A stretch of DNA of 63,475 nt, filler included, from Reticulomyxa filosa (Eukaryota; Protista; Foraminifera), in NCBI GenBank assembly GCA_000512085.1. It is 11 parts of 11 records of this genome, joined end to end, with 100 filler letters (N's around TTAATTAATTAA, not from the genome) between each part and the next. Parts side by side here need not be neighbours in the genome. Positions count along the whole stretch, not along the records: positions 50,924 to 53,255 come from ASPP01010246.1; positions 53,356 to 56,997 come from ASPP01025265.1; positions 57,098 to 60,000 come from ASPP01008489.1; positions 60,101 to 63,475 come from ASPP01010928.1; 7 more parts are not named here. One strand, written 5' to 3'. Within the stretch, counting starts at the first letter, position 1, and each line of letters opens with the position of its first letter. The notes under the pieces were generated by a model. That model saw only the letters and a program-made list of their open reading frames with translations, did no database searches and was not told where the DNA came from. This document shows positions 50,956 through 63,475 of this stretch, one piece after another. The position numbers and the translations under genes are program-made.

Positions 50956-51465
50956 GTTATTGTTGGCGTCATTGCTGTTCACATTAGCATTGACGATGGC
51001 AGTATCGTGACTAGGATTGTTTGCACAAGTAGCAGTGGCCATGCCATCATCGGTGATTTTCCACGGCTTGCTTTGCAAAGGATCGTTCATATGATACAGG
51101 TCAAAGGCTACTCTCTTGGCGATGCAAGTGTCATCGCCTTGCGATTGCGAGCATTGTGAGAGAGAGGAAGAAGAAGAAGAAGAAGAGGATATGGGTGGGT
51201 CTGTACCATCCACATTTTCGCAGTTTCGTTGGCTCAAATGATCCATCGCAATGGACAAATCGTGTTTGGTATGTTTGTCACAAAAAATGAGCCAAACATA
51301 GTTGGCCTTGTTGTGGCATTGTGTGCCACTGCTTTTGGTGGGATCCATCATTTCGATGGTTTTCATCGCCGTGGGTTTGCGACAAATGAGCATATGATAA
51401 GTGCCATGAAGATGTGTTTTTGAGTGTAAAGATACTGGTGCTGATGTTGATGATGATGATGCTGC

Positions 51466-51496
<31 letters not shown>

Positions 51497-52420
51497 AATG
51501 ATGATGGAGAAAAATGAGAGTAAAATGCGCTGCGCTTTTTCGCGCAATAGGGGTGAACATAAGTAGGTGCGCGCTTGCATTGTGGGTGGGCACAAGCAAC
51601 GACGACCCCAGTATTGCGTTGACATATTTGGCAGGGGGAGATGGTTGACTTGGTGTTTTGGAATGAGTTCCATCCCGAGGATGGGGTTTTTATGATAATG
51701 ATCACCAAAGGATAGGTACGGGATCCAATACGCACAAAACACATGTCCAAATAACGCATTTCCTTTTTCACATTTATTGGATGTGGATAAGACATTTGAA
51801 CTGGAACAACTCGATAAAGAGGATGATGATGATGATGACGATGACGATGACGATGACGATGATGATAATACAGGCTTCATTGCTCCTTCAGTGTAGCCAC
51901 ACAAACAACAGGCCACAGCTGTTGCTGTCTCCTCGTCACTTTCGGCTTTGCTGTTTTCACTCAGAAATGGACGATTAGAATGCCTTCCTCCGGTCAATCC
52001 GTCCAACAACGACAGATGCGTTGGAATTGTCAACGGGTCGCTGCGCTTTTGCAGTAGGGCGCCTTGCGATAATGCCATCTCTTCTATCAACAACTCTCGG
52101 CGTTGCTTCGCTTGGTAATGACACACGTCACAACACCATGAGGACGCATACGACACTACCGATGGACTCAAACCGTAACACACCGGGTGCACGCAAACCC
52201 CACAGTTATTACAACAAATCACGTCCTCATGTCTTGAAGCGCTTCTCTTCAATGTCGAGTCTTCACTATCTTCTGTCTCTTTCTCAATATTTGAATCTGA
52301 TCGGAAGCACACTTGACATACTACATGCTTTGAAATCAATGGCTTATCGTGGGACATAACTTTTCTTCCTACCTCGCATATAACCCCCTCTTGCCCCCCC
52401 CTTGCTTCTTCAATTCGCTC
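50924..52420 (-). CDS. PHD + Zn-knuckle/ePHD (PZP) chromatin protein, Jade/AF10/BRPF-like
   Basis: CQVC...CCNNCGVCVHPVCYG...WCCDVC, then CCLC...GAMKP...HVFCAYWIP...CQICQRNTGVVVAC...VHPYCA...FCDKH. Frameshift at the G-tract near 51635. Poly-Ser and poly-Asn tracts. Confidence 0.85.
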
Positions 52421-53215
52421 TTTAAAAAAAAAAGTAGCACTAATGATTATCCACTTTTTTATTGATTTAATTGTCATAATTTATAAGCTACGTCTGCGAA
52501 GTAATGGACTTGATATACTCGTAAAACCAGGGGAAAAAAAGAAAAGTTGTGCTTTGAATTTATCTCTTGCTATTCATATAAAACAAAGGTGATGTTGAAT
52601 AATATGTAAAATTGCTAAATTAACAAAAAATACAAATATTTTTTTTCAAAAAAAACGCATCCATGAAACTTAAAAATTTTTCAATTGTAAGAAACGATTA
52701 AAAATGTCGCAAAGCAAAAAAAAGTATTTATTGCAATTGTAAAACAACACAAAAATCAATCAAATAGGTAACATAACCATGTTATAACCAACGTTATGAA
52801 TGAAACACGCCGTATCACACAAGTTCAGTAGTGTTGTGTCAGGGTTTTATGGATTGAAATGCCTTTGATTGATATAAGTTTTTATTGTTAAAAAAAAACA
52901 GTCTGATTTTTAAAAAAGAACATGCAAATGCCACTAATCAAAGCAAACAAAAGGAATTGATGATTTTTTTTTTATTTTTTTTTGTAATTCATTATTTGCT
53001 TTTTCATTTCGTTTCTATTAACAAAATTGGACGTTTATAAGTTATTGATGTGACCACTTGCAGAATTAGTAGTAGGTGGCTCATATGTGGGTTCAAACAC
53101 TGGTTCTTTGCTTCTTTCTGTCTGTTCCAGCTGTGAAGAAAAAGTAGATCAATAAACATATACATTATTGTGTATAAAGATCTTTGGAGGGGAAAAGGGG
53201 GAACCCAAAGTTCCA

Positions 53216-53255
<40 letters not shown>

Positions 53256-54519
53256 NNNNNNNNNNNNNNNNNNNNNNNNNNNNNNNNNNNNNNNNNNNNT
53301 TAATTAATTAANNNNNNNNNNNNNNNNNNNNNNNNNNNNNNNNNNNNNNNNNNNNATTTGTTATTATTATTTACTTTGTAATTTCGTGAACAAAAAGTTT
53401 TTAAAAAATCACTTTTCAATTGAGTCAGAACAAAATAATCTATCACTTTGATTCAGTCGTAAGGGAAAGTGTGCTCATCAAAAAAAAAAAATTTAACGAA
53501 AATAATCGTTACCTCAATTCCACCCGCATTTTCGCAAAGAAAACCAATTATTTAAAAACATACGACTAGGATACGGGCTTGTCCTTGTCAAAGCAACTTG
53601 TTTTAACAAAAAATAAAAAAAAAACAGTTAAACACGTAACAAAAAAAGACAGTTTTTGCGGTTGAAGAAAAACTCAAACAAGGGACCAACTTTCAAAAAT
53701 AATAAAATTTTTATAAACTTGTTCACATAAACAAATTTTTTGATCAAAGCATTTTTTTTTACAATAGAAACTTATTCATTTTGAAAAATAATGTTTCAAT
53801 TTATTTTAAATTATTTGAATTCATCGAATTGATGGTCCTTTATTCTTACCGTCAAACTCTGAAAGTGATTTCAATATAATATGTTGACTTTGTTTCAATT
53901 TTCTTTCGAGATTTTTGTGTTTTAATTCTATCCGCGTTGTTAAGGTTAGTAGTTAACCTTTTTCTTTAAAAAAATAAAGTAGTTCAAATAATTTTGAAAA
54001 TCGAAAAAACAGCAATTCAAACCTTAAGTTTATGTCTTTTTTGTTTTTTGTAGAAAGACAAGTGTGGGATTTAAATAAAATACAAATTATTTCTTTTCAC
54101 AAACTAATTAATAAACTTGATACAAAATTAGAGTAACATTTTCTTTCTTTAAGACATTCTCCTGTTTGAGTCATAAAATTACACGTAATTGAAAAAAAAA
54201 AATCAATCGAACTTAAGTAGATCATACAGTCGTATTTTGCGCATTAAAGTTTTCCCTAAACTAGTGCATTGGACGAAATTTACAATTCGGAACAAACAGA
54301 AATTAAAGAAAATAAACATTGAGGTAGCCCGGTTCATGGACTGTCAAGATCTCACGTTAGTGACTTTTAAGTTATAGCAAGTACGTCAAAGAAGAAAATA
54401 AGAAACAGAAGACACCACGCCCAACACATCTAACCAAAGCTAACCTAATACCAAAAAATTATGTTTGAAATGATTTCTTTTGTTGGGAATCATTAATACT
54501 AAATCAGACCTTTTTAAAA

Positions 54520-56905
54520 TTAACTTGACGGAATGGTGAAACGAATTGAAAAGTCTTGTGAATATTGATTAAATACTTTGACATACTTTGCCTCAAGCTT
54601 TGACAGGAGCGATGTCATCTAAAATTGTGTGATCGATTAATGAAAAAACAAACATCAAACAAAATGAAAATGAAACAAAAAAATCGCTCAAAAACAAGAA
54701 ATACTTACGTCGCTGCGATTTTCAAGAACCTCGGCAGTTTTAGCGACCAACATTTTTCGTGGATCTTCCATTCCACTGGTGATATCAAAGGGCTGTGGCT
54801 TTGCGTAAGACAAGGCGGTAAATTTGGAGCCAAACCCTTGGTCTTCTAAAGCTTCAATTCTCAGAGCACACTCTTCTTCAGTGGTAAGCTGTCTTTGCGG
54901 TTTTATTTCAAAAATTTCGATGATCAGCTGGATCATGCGAGGGAACGCATTTCTCAATTCGTTTTGTTCAATAAATGCCTTGTCTGAGATCATTCGAATC
55001 ATTCCCATTGTCAAAACGCGACGACTCAATAGGTCTTCAATTTTGCGTGCGTAAGGGATCCATACGTTATTTATTATCATTACCATAATGCTAACAGAAA
55101 CAAATGCAAAAAAAAAAAAAAAAAGATAAAACAAGTAGAGCACATATTTGATTCTGTATATGTTGTGTACAGCTTTTATATAAAGCAACGGTGTATGTAC
55201 AAATAATATACATTTGTATATATGTACGTGTATAAATATGTACATATAACTTGGGTTGAATTTGGTCTAGTATTTCTTGTAATAATGAAAATCCGTTCCG
55301 AAGCACAAAGAGCGATAAGCACACTATAAATTCACAGCACAATTGTGTCGATTTCCGTTGACGAAGGCGTTCAAAGATCATTCGGAATACCTTTGGTAAG
55401 TAGCTCTCTACTTTGGCTCTGTCATGTTGTTGGGATGTATTTGAATTGTGTTTGTTCCACATGCGCACATAAGCACATAAATACATATATGTGCGTACAC
55501 GTACACACAAGAATAGATATTAAAAAAAAAAGCCAGATACAAACTTGGGGACAAATTGGAAAACAGCTTTCAAGACTCGAAAAGCTTGAAAATCTTGGGT
55601 TCTCTTGTTAAGTAATGTAGCAAAAATACTAAGTATTTTTTCCAAACGTGCCTTGGTTACAAATTCGTCCACATTGACTTTTTGCAAATAATCTTCGAAC
55701 ATTCCAGACAATGCTTCAATGGTGCCTTGATCATGCCAGAGATTAGCGGATAAGATTTTTTCAAACAAATCGACGTATTGTTGAGTGATCTTTGTTCGCA
55801 AGCGCAGCATCATGGCCATGAGTTGGAAGACATACGGGTGGAATTCTGTGCACGTTGTTTGACCGAGAATTTGGAAAAAAGTGTCCATCAATTCTCGTTC
55901 AAAGTTATCTACTTTGGAAGAGTCGCTTTTGCAAATGTAATAAATACTTGCCGCAATGGTTTCAAAGAGACAATGAGTGAACCGTGGTTTCTGTGGATTT
56001 TTTGACAACGCCAGCAGCATCTTTTTGCTCTGCTGTAGCAATGGACCGACCACCGCAATCAATCCCTCCTGCGCTCTTTGAATTACCAACAAAATTGTTG
56101 ACATTACATACTCGTTCGTGTGTGATTCCTGATGTTTTTCAAGCACATAAAACAAGTTTTCAATGACAGGCTTCAAGTGTTTCAGCAGCTCTTCCTTTGG
56201 ATATTTGAAGGGCGCACGAGTATACGTAAGACTGTCACTAGGCGCAATCAGAAAGCTTTCCGACATATTTACGTTCACACGTAAAGTCACTATCTTTTCA
56301 ATGGCGATTGCTGCATACGTGTGTAGCACGTAGTCTTTTTCTTTCAAAAACTTGCATGCTAATGACAACAGCGATAGGAACATTTTGGTTTCCCACTGAC
56401 ATGTTTCAAAATTGTAAACAACCCCTTTTTTTTTTTACATTGCATTACATGACATCACACCCAATCCCGTCTCAGGATATAACAAAAAACTAAACTTGTG
56501 TGCGAAATATGACAATAAATTTTAACGCATCCGCACGGATAATATCATGTGCTTTACTTTTTTCTTTCAGTTCCGGGATGATGTATCGTTCAAAGAATTT
56601 AAAAATGGGGATGCGAGTGCTAATTTCGGTCGCACCAAACTGTCTCGTCGATTTTTTCACTCCCATTGCCAACATCAAGTTGATGACAGCATCCATGGCA
56701 GGAAATTTTTCGGCCTTGTTACTTTCGTATTCCTCTGTCATTGATTGGATCAAAGGCATGATCATTTTGGCCATTTGCTCTTCAAAGCATTCGCACAATG
56801 CTCGAACCAGGTCCACTGCGCCACGTCGACGAGTGAACAAATCGGATCCTTCCATGTCACGCAGAACCCAATCTTCGCCATTGGTCTCATACATTTCCAA
56901 ATCGG
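54520..56905 (-). CDS. CSE1: Exportin-2 (CSE1/CAS), C-terminal part
   Basis: DMEGSDLFTRRRGAVDLVRALC, RADALKFIVIFR, HTYAAIAIEK, NPQKPRFTHCLFE, EFHPYVFQLMA and GFGSKFTALSYA. Confidence 0.9.
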
Positions 56906-59586
56906 ATTCTATATAAATATATATACATGTATATATATAAATAAACACCACGTTGTGCATTTCAACATTTCATATATTTACGTGTTCAAAAAGTTCTNNN
57001 NNNNNNNNNNNNNNNNNNNNNNNNNNNNNNNNNNNNNNNNNTTAATTAATTAANNNNNNNNNNNNNNNNNNNNNNNNNNNNNNNNNNNNNNNNNNNNATG
57101 TTTTAGGCGTTCAGTTTTCTTTGCAACTTACTGTAATAAAATTTAACGAAGGACTCAAAGCAATCCGATTATATTTTTCTTTACTTTTTTACTATCCTTA
57201 CTACAAAACCCAAACAGTTTCCAAACATTGAAAACTTCCTACTGATTTTTCTAATGAACGTTTTGTTTAATTTGCTGTGCGTTATCCTCCTTCATGGTTA
57301 ATATAAGCTTGTCTTTATCAACATTTAAAAAAAGAAACACATATGCATTGCACTAATTTACGAATTTATAATAATTAATTTTTATGGTCTCTTCTTCTAA
57401 TTGTAATTGATGCATTTAAGTTATTTTTCACACATTTTTGGATGGTTTTTTATCTCTCCAAATCATGAGTATTTTTTAATTCTTTTGTAATGGCGACAGT
57501 ATAATACAACACATAAACAAAAGCAAAGCAAGTCTAAAAAAACACTTGCACGAAGTTTGTAAAGCTTGTAGAGAAAAATCATGTGTTCGAATGCTTTTAG
57601 AACTGCACTAATAATTTTTTACCTATTTTTTAAAGATTTTGCATTGATATAGCGTGAATATGTCAGATTACTACTGCTTCATCTTTACACTTCAATGATT
57701 TTGCGCCACTTGATGTATCACCAAAATGCAAACAAAGGCAAATTAAAGTACATTAGCCAAAATAAGTAATGTCACCATTCAAATAAACAAAAATTTATAA
57801 CTGTCAAAATTTATATAATTTGTTCTTATGTTTCAGTAGAAACTATATTTTCTTTAAAGTTGCGACACGAACTTTGAAATTTGATTCTTATTTCAAATTT
57901 ACATTTAATATCATCAATCAACAAACTCTTCATACCGATGTCTTGAATTGAAATTCAGTACTTTGACTACTTATAGATATTATTGTATCATTACTTCGTA
58001 ATGTAGACATTCTACAGAAAATACACAAAGTTTATCATTTTAATTCTAAACAGTTTCAATCAGTAGAATAGTTCGTTTTGATTGAACAGTTAGCTATTTA
58101 ACACTAAATTATAAGTAGTGATCCGTAGACTAATCTACGTTCATGTAAAGCTAAATTTTGCATAACAATTTTCTCAAAAGACTGTCTGTTAATAATATTT
58201 CAGATAAACTTCTTTCGTTGTTTATTTGGATTATATTCGTTTACTTCGTCCAATGTCTGTTTAATTCTTTTATTAGACTAGATTCAGTCAATAGATATTT
58301 ATAAATGCTTTGATCTTGTTATGTCTGCAGTAAATTTAGTGTTGACTTATATATAGTTTGAATATTGCGTTCTTATATACTACATGTAATTGTGACAATA
58401 CGTTCACTGTGTCATATTGTTTGTCAATTGTTACTTCGATAATCATATAATATATAATCTTTGAATTTTGTCTAGAATGTGATTGTATGTAACTGTATAT
58501 ACTTTCTAAAATGAACATTCGTAATCAAATGTATGAATGATAAGCTATGTCTAATACATTTGTAGGAACATAGTAATATAATGTGTGTAAATTTTATTGT
58601 AGTTTTGACACATATAATTAACGTGCTGTTTGTAGCTTAGTTTGTGGTCATAAATATTTAATTTGATCATATTCTTGTAAATTGACTTTTTTAAGTTGCA
58701 ACTCAATTTTTGCATATTTTTTATTGTTTTTCATTTTAAATGTGATTGACTATTGTCTTGAACAATTGTAATCTTATATTTATATTTAATTCATTCATGA
58801 TATGTTGCATTTTGTTCAGTTGACTATAAATTTATTTTTCATTACTTGTGTATATCTTAGTCCAAATTGCAACATAGTCTGCAAATGATACAAAATGAAC
58901 CTTGCATTTAATTGTATTTGTAATATCGTTAATATATGACATAAATAAAAGTTGATATTGTAGTGATACATGAGCAATAACTGACTCCAGAGTTGTAATA
59001 ACTCAACTCATAAAATAAAACATTCTTTTATTATCATCAAATTTCTTGTACGTTTTAGTTAGCTGAGCTCTCTTTATTGAATCTCTCTACAATATAATGA
59101 TGATAAATGATTGAAACATGTTTCGAGCATATATTCGCTTGGACTATATAATTCAACACAAGTATACACACTATATATTTCAGGAAGATGTCCAGCTACC
59201 AGTACAATATAACATTAATTGGAACTTGTTTCCCATTTCTAAATAAATTGAGTAAAGTTTTCGCATATGAAACTACTAATGTGCTTATATAAAGGATACT
59301 AGATCCATCTCGTGTTATGCAAATTTCATCTCAAAAAGTAATATAAAAAAATTGTATGTTGAAGGTAGAAAGAAGCGATCTGTACACATGACTCTTGAAA
59401 TAGAACAAAACTTTCAAATCAATGACCAGATTATGGACAGTTTGACTGATTTTTTTCCTTTGCCCCGTGGATAAAAGCCGCAAAAAGCATTTTGTAAAAT
59501 AAAAAACAAAAATAATAAAATAAATAACGTGCAAACGTTTTGAGTGTGCATGATGTTGATTTTGTTGAGTTGTTGACGATATTGAG

Positions 59587-59951
59587 TTAAGGCTGACGAT
59601 AGGCAGCTTTTAAAAATTGCAAAGGGTCAACCCGTTTTGAGTAGTTTACAATCCTTCCATGGATTTCTTCGCTGGATGTCATTTCTCCACGTAAAGGAGT
59701 TTCAAATGCTCTCTTCAAAGTTTCTTTTCGGTAACCTTTTCCCATAAGATAAGACAGCTTAGTGACTAAAGTGGGTATGGTCATATCTCCACCGTCAATC
59801 AGGCCCACATCCTTAAATGCGCTTCCGCTGGCATATAACGACGTATCCACATGCCCTCTCTTGCACTGTGTCGTTACAACAATTTCATAATTGTAGTCAT
59901 TCATTGCTTCCTTCAACAACGAAACGAATTCATCTCGAATAGGGGCATTTC
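59587..59951 (-). CDS. L-asparaginase type I / lysophospholipase, last exon
   Basis: GNAP, IVVTTQCKRGHV, YASG, DMT...TKLSYLMG and PLRGEMT. Confidence 0.85.
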
Positions 59952-60100
59952 CTGTGTTTTTTTTTTTTTTTCACAAAAAAAAAAAAAAAAAGAAAAAAAT
60001 NNNNNNNNNNNNNNNNNNNNNNNNNNNNNNNNNNNNNNNNNNNNTTAATTAATTAANNNNNNNNNNNNNNNNNNNNNNNNNNNNNNNNNNNNNNNNNNNN

Positions 60101-61686
60101 GGGGGTTACGTATGTTTACATTCATATTACGTACTCACCTTTTCATAGAGTGTGGACAATTGGTACCCGTCTTCCTGTGTATTGAAAATCATTTGGAAAT
60201 CTCCGACGTGACATTGTGGCGGCAACCATATCCACAACTGCAAGAAATCGGCCTTGCTTTTCAACATAGTGGATTGCTTGATCCATTCTGGCTTCCATGA
60301 CGGCCATCTTCTGGTCACTTCTTGCTCTTGTATTTTCGACACATTCAACAGGGTTTCTTTGTAAAGCAAGTCCAGTCGGTCAAACTTAACACGGCTCAAA
60401 TATACTCCAAACGCCAATCGAGACAATGTCACCGCGTCTAATTTTTTCGATTCGGTTATCAATACCTCACGAAATTCACTTAGGTTGCTTTCCAATTTTT
60501 TTTTTTTCCACATATCGTCGTTGTTGTTGTTGTTGTTGTTGTAGTACGATGTGAGCATATTTGCTTAAAAAAGAAATAATAAAAATAAAAATAAACACAT
60601 GTCTTGTTTTGAACTTTGTTTGCAACAAAGGTTGCGTAGCATTGGTTAATAGGGCTAGTCCCACTCGAAAAAGTATTTTATATCCCTCGACCGAAAATGT
60701 GTCAATAAGTCGAAGCAACGTTTCGGAATTTAAATAATTCGCATACATTGTGGCAAATCCGTCTGCTAACACTTTTTCGATTGCAATATTTTTTTGGTTG
60801 ATATGCTGTGTAACTCTTTTGTGCGGTCATTCAATTTTGTTTATCGCGGCATGAACGTATATACATATATATGTGTGTATGTGTATATGCACATGTTATA
60901 TATCAGTAATATTTACAAAAGGACAATAAAAATATTGTATGTTTTGCTTTGATAAAATTTAAAAAATACATTTCCGTACACACAATTTGACGTGGTCAGC
61001 AAAAACATCGATAAAGGTCCTTAGTCGAACACGGAAATTAAAAAAATCAGTGCGAAAATACCAATCATTTTTCTTTGAAACATCCACCATTGCATTCAAT
61101 ATGGCAAATGCTACTTTTTCTTCAACATGTTGTATTATAACTTCCTTTTTTTTTTTTTTTTTTTTTATTTTAAAATTAATTTAAATTAATCTTTCTTCAT
61201 CCCTCCCTCCCCCCGTTTTTTTTTTTTTTTTTTTTGTAGAGGAGTGCTTGTTACCACGACAAATGGAATTTGAGGACAATAGTGTAATGAATCATGCTCG
61301 ACTGCCAAAACCACTAATATTTTACGTGCACAATACTTTTTTTCACTGTCCAATGTTTTAAAACGACACTTGCTTCCGAACATTGGAAATTGTGGAAAAT
61401 CTTGCATTTCTATGTCTTCAAATAATGTTTTTGTCAAATCGGAATATCTTACCATATCCTCTTCGCTCGCGTTGGTTGACTTGATCCATAATAATTGCCG
61501 ATCCTCTTCCTTACAACCTCTACGTGCAAGTTTTCGTAGTAATTGGTAGTCGCGATGTCTGCGAGTTCTTCGCTCGTGTTTCAACCAAATGGCGTCACTA
61601 TCGATGTCATTCAAATTGATTGAAGTGGAATCTGAATCCGCACAACAACAAAATCGCCTACCATTTCCTCCATTCAAACCAAACAT
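60101..61686 (-). CDS. TBC1D24-like Rab-GAP (TBC + TLDc), 3' truncated
   Basis: LRKLARRG...RQLLW, HYCPQIP and LRLIDTFSVEGYKILFRVGLALL (TBC), then LWIWLP...IFNTQEDGYQLSTLY (start of TLDc). Confidence 0.82.
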
Positions 61687-62872
61687 GAAGTTTTAATTTC
61701 ACAGTTAAAAAGGTTTTCAACTTTGGGTTTTTCGAGCTTGACACAACGCTAAACCATAGTGTAGACCCCCTTTGTTAAAGTAGTCAACTCTCAATACAAG
61801 GCATGCCTAGAATAGTCGTCAAGCTTTTGTTTTGTCTTTAATTTTAAAACACCACAAAAACTAAAATCAAATTTCATTGATCAAATATATTCTTTTTCTA
61901 AATCAGCGTTTTCTGCTCCAGTGTAAGCTTTTCATGTGTTTTGCATTTTCTTTTTACTGTTCGTCAATTTGATCAATTTGTGAATACGTCCAGAAAATTT
62001 TACTTTATGTACTAAGCTGAATCATTTATCGTAAATGCAGTCTCAAACAATAAAGTAGATCAGTTTAAGTAATATACATATATTAATAATTAAAGTGTTT
62101 CTTTTTTGAGTAAATGTCGCTAATAATTAAACTATTTTTTGCCATGTGCATATGTTTTTGTATTATACTAAATAATTTTTCGTTTTTTCACAAACAAATT
62201 TTCTAGTAAAAAAAAAGAACATGAGTTGGTTTATATTCATTAAATTGAAAAATTTCTACTTTGTAGCTTGATTTCAATTGTTCTTTTGCTCCAATTTATT
62301 ATGTTGTTTTTTTATATGTTTATTATATCACTAACATGTTTTCGTTTGCTGCTTTCATATGTCTTTGCTTTTTGTTGATTTTTTTTTCATCACTTACTTT
62401 TTTTTTGTCGTCAGCAAATATGGATTTTCGTTAGTTTCAGCTTACAAAAATAATCAAATACTAAGCAACAAGCAAGCTCTTGAAAAAAAAAAAAGATTCT
62501 TAAACTTTCGATTCCAACGTTTGTAAAATGATACTGTTTCGTTAAAAAAGATATCCATTGATGGAGTAGCCTGGTTTGAGAATTTTTTATCTATTGCAAA
62601 TTTTTTAAATAACAATTGTTGAAATTTGAATCTAATCAAACAAGAGCTTTGAATATTCAAATGTGTTTTTTTTTTTAGAGGAAGAAAAAACAAAAAACCC
62701 ACTAGTTTGCACTTTATCCGAAGAGAATTCAAACTCATTTTGTGGTTAATAGTCTCAGTTGATAAAAGTTAATCAAAAGAGAAGACGGGAACATAAATAA
62801 AACAAAAAAAAAAAAAGCAGGAGAAATGCAACAATCAGCGGATAAAAAAGAGGGATAAATAGCAGACAATAA

Positions 62873-63475
62873 TTACTTTTTGACATTGGCATCTTCTTGT
62901 TGCCCTTGCTTATCTTCTTTTAGAATGGACGAAAGCAATTTGAATTTGCGAATGGGATGAGCTTCGGTGTTGAAAACAAACTCGCTGAATGGGATGAGTG
63001 ATCCTGCATGTTCATCAAAAAGTAGATAGAGATATTTGAAGGTCTCTGCCATGACAAAAGATTCCATTTTATTGTCTTGAGTAGGAGGCATATCACGAAC
63101 ATCATTAATGCCACTGTAAGCAACTTCAGTACGACAATATTGTTGAATGGATTGGAAAATGGTCCATCCCCACTCGCGATACTGTTCGTTGCCAGTTACG
63201 GAAAACATTATATATAAAGACTCGATTGTCTCCGGACGAAGTTGATAGTGATGTTCTTTGGCATACCAGCCTTTGTTGTCAAACTGAATTGATTCCGGGG
63301 CAAGTGTGTGTGCATTTCCAAATAGAGCTATAAAAGTGGTAGTGTAAATAAATTAAGAATTGTTTAGCAAGATGAAGGTAGAACAATACATACACATATA
63401 TGATATGATATATATGTATATACAGTAAGATAAAAAGAAAGTTGAAACCTAAAATGCCACCTTATAGAGATGATT
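62873..63475 (-). CDS. GH47 alpha-1,2-mannosidase, C-terminal part; continues beyond the window
   Basis: YQLRPETIES, YREWGW, MESFVMAETFKYLYLLF and VFNTEAHP. Confidence 0.93.

Noticed and set aside
53218-53255. Long poly-A suggesting a retrocopy tail
   Set aside because: It abuts a contig end, long A/T runs are common in introns here, and no retro-element ORF or target-site duplication is visible.
3094-60100. TTAATTAATTAA recurring ten times, resembling a repeat array or recombination site
   Set aside because: It is always flanked by exactly 44 Ns on each side and genes are cut at these points, so it is an assembly linker.
1-63475. rRNA, tRNA, CRISPR arrays, transposases
   Set aside because: None was recognisable by eye. 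A covariance-model scan would be needed to exclude small RNAs.

Overview
AT-rich, intron-containing eukaryotic (protist) DNA. It is not one locus: ten identical 100-bp spacers (44 N + TTAATTAATTAA + 44 N) join eleven contigs, and genes break off at the spacers, so neighbourhood across a spacer means nothing. The WD40 family type, the divergent alpha-tubulin and the microsatellite/homopolymer-rich introns resemble the foraminiferan Reticulomyxa filosa (inference from recall, not a search). Recognisable genes, in order: GT60 GlcNAc-transferase, VPS35L fragment, nitroreductase ending in SKL, WD40 pseudogene, RNA Pol III RPC1, GFAT/GlmS with an N-terminal presequence, a Tudor-like repeat protein, divergent alpha-tubulin, RNF213-like AAA+ protein, U-box protein, PEBP, class II HDAC, a WD40 pseudogene with a DNAJC7-like TPR fragment, two convergent Munc13/PATROL1-like + C2 paralogues enclosing an Mx-like dynamin and an L-rhamnose mutarotase ending in AKM, a PHD/ePHD protein, exportin CSE1, asparaginase, TBC-TLDc protein and GH47 mannosidase. 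The most striking structure is at 21.4-27.6 kb. The alpha-tubulin lacks its C-terminal helix and acidic tail and runs with no intergenic space into a spliced exon of the RNF213-like gene, one base in an A9 tract away from an in-frame fusion. Single-base indels at homopolymers occur in many genes, so all frameshift and fusion calls need reads or RNA-seq. All family assignments come from motif recognition by eye.
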